In this document: positions 30,856-32,000 of the stretch, one piece after another
Numbering within the stretch: the first letter of the stretch is position 1
Layout of the letters: each line of letters begins with the position of its first letter
Origin: Aliivibrio fischeri ES114
GTDB taxonomy: Bacteria > Pseudomonadota > Gammaproteobacteria > Enterobacterales > Vibrionaceae
Strand: one strand, 5' to 3'
DNA: 32,000 nucleotides
NCBI RefSeq assembly: GCF_000011805.1
Contig: NC_006840.2
Program-made: the position numbers and the translations under genes
Notes under the pieces: generated by a model
The model's database searches: none
What the model was told of the DNA's origin: nothing
The model's input: only the letters and a program-made list of their open reading frames with translations

Positions 30856-32000
30856 ATGGCAAAAGTATCTCTGGAAAAAGAAAAAATCAAAATTCTTCTT
30901 TTAGAAGGATTGCATCCATCTTGTGTTGAAGTTTTCCAAGCAGATGGTTACACCAATATTGAATACCACAAAGGTTCACTCTCTGAAGAAGAACTCTTAG
31001 AAGCAGTAAAAGACGTTCATTTTATTGGTCTTCGCTCCCGCACTCAATTAACACAAGAAGTATTTGAGGCTGCAAACAAATTGGTTGCTGTTGGTTGTTT
31101 CTGTATCGGTACAAACCAAGTTGATTTAAAAGCAGCCGCAAAGCGTGGTATTCCAGTATTCAATGCTCCTTTCTCTAATACTCGAAGCGTTGCTGAATTA
31201 GTTTTAGGTCAAATTCTACTATTACTTCGTGGTATCCCAGAAAAGAATGCATTAGCACACCGTGGTATTTGGAAAAAAAGTGCTGACGCTTCTTTTGAAG
31301 CTCGAGGCAAACGTTTGGGTATCATAGGTTATGGACATATCGGTACACAATTAGGCATTTTAGCTGAAAACCTAGGTATGCGAGTTTATTACTACGATAT
31401 CGAAAATAAACTTTCTCTAGGTAACGCAACTCAAATCCCAACCATGAGTGAATTATTAAATAAGTGTGATGTGATCTCTCTACATGTTCCTGAAACAGCT
31501 GGAACAAAAGACATGATGGGTGCAGAAGAATTTGCTCGTATGAAACCAGGGGCTATCTTTATTAACGCTGCACGTGGAACTGTTGTAAAAATTCAAGATC
31601 TATGTGACGCATTAGAGTCTGGGCATTTAGGTGGCGCAGCGGTTGATGTGTTCCCTGTAGAACCAAAAACAAACGCTGACCCATTTGAGTCACCATTACA
31701 AAAGTTTGATAATGTAATCTTAACGCCGCATGTTGGGGGGTCTACTCAAGAAGCTCAAGAAAACATTGGGGTTGAAGTTGCGGGTAAACTAACAAAATAC
31801 TCAGATAATGGTTCAACATTATCATCAGTTAACTTCCCTGAAGTGTCACTTCCTGAACATACTGATACATCACGTTTATTGCATATCCATGAAAACCGTC
31901 CAGGTATTCTAACTCAAATAAACAGTATTTTTGCTAATGAAGGCATTAACATTGCAGCTCAATACTTACAAACATCAGCAGATATGGGCTATGTTGTTAT
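30856..32000 (+). CDS. serA: D-3-phosphoglycerate dehydrogenase, N-terminal ~381 codons; continues past the right window edge
   Basis: Absent from the track because there is no stop in the window. My translation from ATG 30856 reads MAKVSLEKEKIKILLLEGLHPSCVEVFQADGYTNIEYHKG...GIIGYGHIGTQLGILAE (NAD fold)...TPHVGGSTQEAQENIG...IHENRPGILTQINSIF. It is colinear with E. coli SerA and has no in-frame stop to position 32000. Confidence 0.95.
   Translation, partial: MAKVSLEKEKIKILLLEGLHPSCVEVFQADGYTNIEYHKGSLSEEELLEAVKDVHFIGLRSRTQLTQEVFEAANKLVAVGCFCIGTNQVDLKAAAKRGIPVFNAPFSNTRSVAELVLGQILLLLRGIPEKNALAHRGIWKKSADASFEARGKRLGIIGYGHIGTQLGILAENLGMRVYYYDIENKLSLGNATQIPTMSELLNKCDVISLHVPETAGTKDMMGAEEFARMKPGAIFINAARGTVVKIQDLCDALESGHLGGAAVDVFPVEPKTNADPFESPLQKFDNVILTPHVGGSTQEAQENIGVEVAGKLTKYSDNGSTLSSVNFPEVSLPEHTDTSRLLHIHENRPGILTQINSIFANEGINIAAQYLQTSADMGYVV

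Overview
The window is an AT-rich chromosomal core region of a Vibrionaceae-type gammaproteobacterium. Gene content and protein sequences look Aliivibrio/Vibrio-like, but I cannot assign a species from sequence alone. I count 31 protein-coding genes, 2 of them truncated by the window edges, plus one well-supported ncRNA (6S RNA). Almost all genes are housekeeping orthologues, arranged in three blocks that are separate in E. coli K-12 but adjacent here. Block 1 is eno-pyrG-mazG-[flagellin]-relA-rlmD with divergent barA. Block 2 is acpS-pdxJ-recO-era-rnc-lepB-lepA-rseCBA-rpoE with divergent nadB. Block 3 is ygfX-sdhE, then ygfZ-ybaK-like, ytfK-like, ubiI-ubiH-ygfB, zapA-ssrS-5FCL, rpiA and serA. 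Many junctions are tightly coupled: 1-nt stop/start overlaps at acpS/pdxJ, era/rnc and ygfB/ubiH, an ATGA overlap at pdxJ/recO, and 10 nt between lepB and rnc. All orthologues appear intact and of normal length. I see no transposase, integrase, CRISPR array, tRNA/rRNA gene or recognisable defence island, and I cannot support a claim of a novel multi-gene system here. The features worth a second look are small. (i) A stand-alone flagellin cassette with a sigma28 promoter sits in the relA-mazG slot where E. coli carries mazEF. (ii) A ~100-bp nested GC-rich palindromic element lies between era and recO, in an rnc operon that has no room for a 5' rnc leader. (iii) An orphan intrinsic terminator with an upstream hairpin sits in the largest (406-bp) non-coding gap and could be an sRNA or a long 3' UTR. 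(iv) A 67-aa YtfK/DUF1107-like small protein gene follows that gap. (v) A divergent sdhE-ygfX (CptB/CptA-like) pair overlaps and has the convergent nadB terminator inside its last codons. Several ORF-track starts are over-extended and were trimmed on homology grounds.
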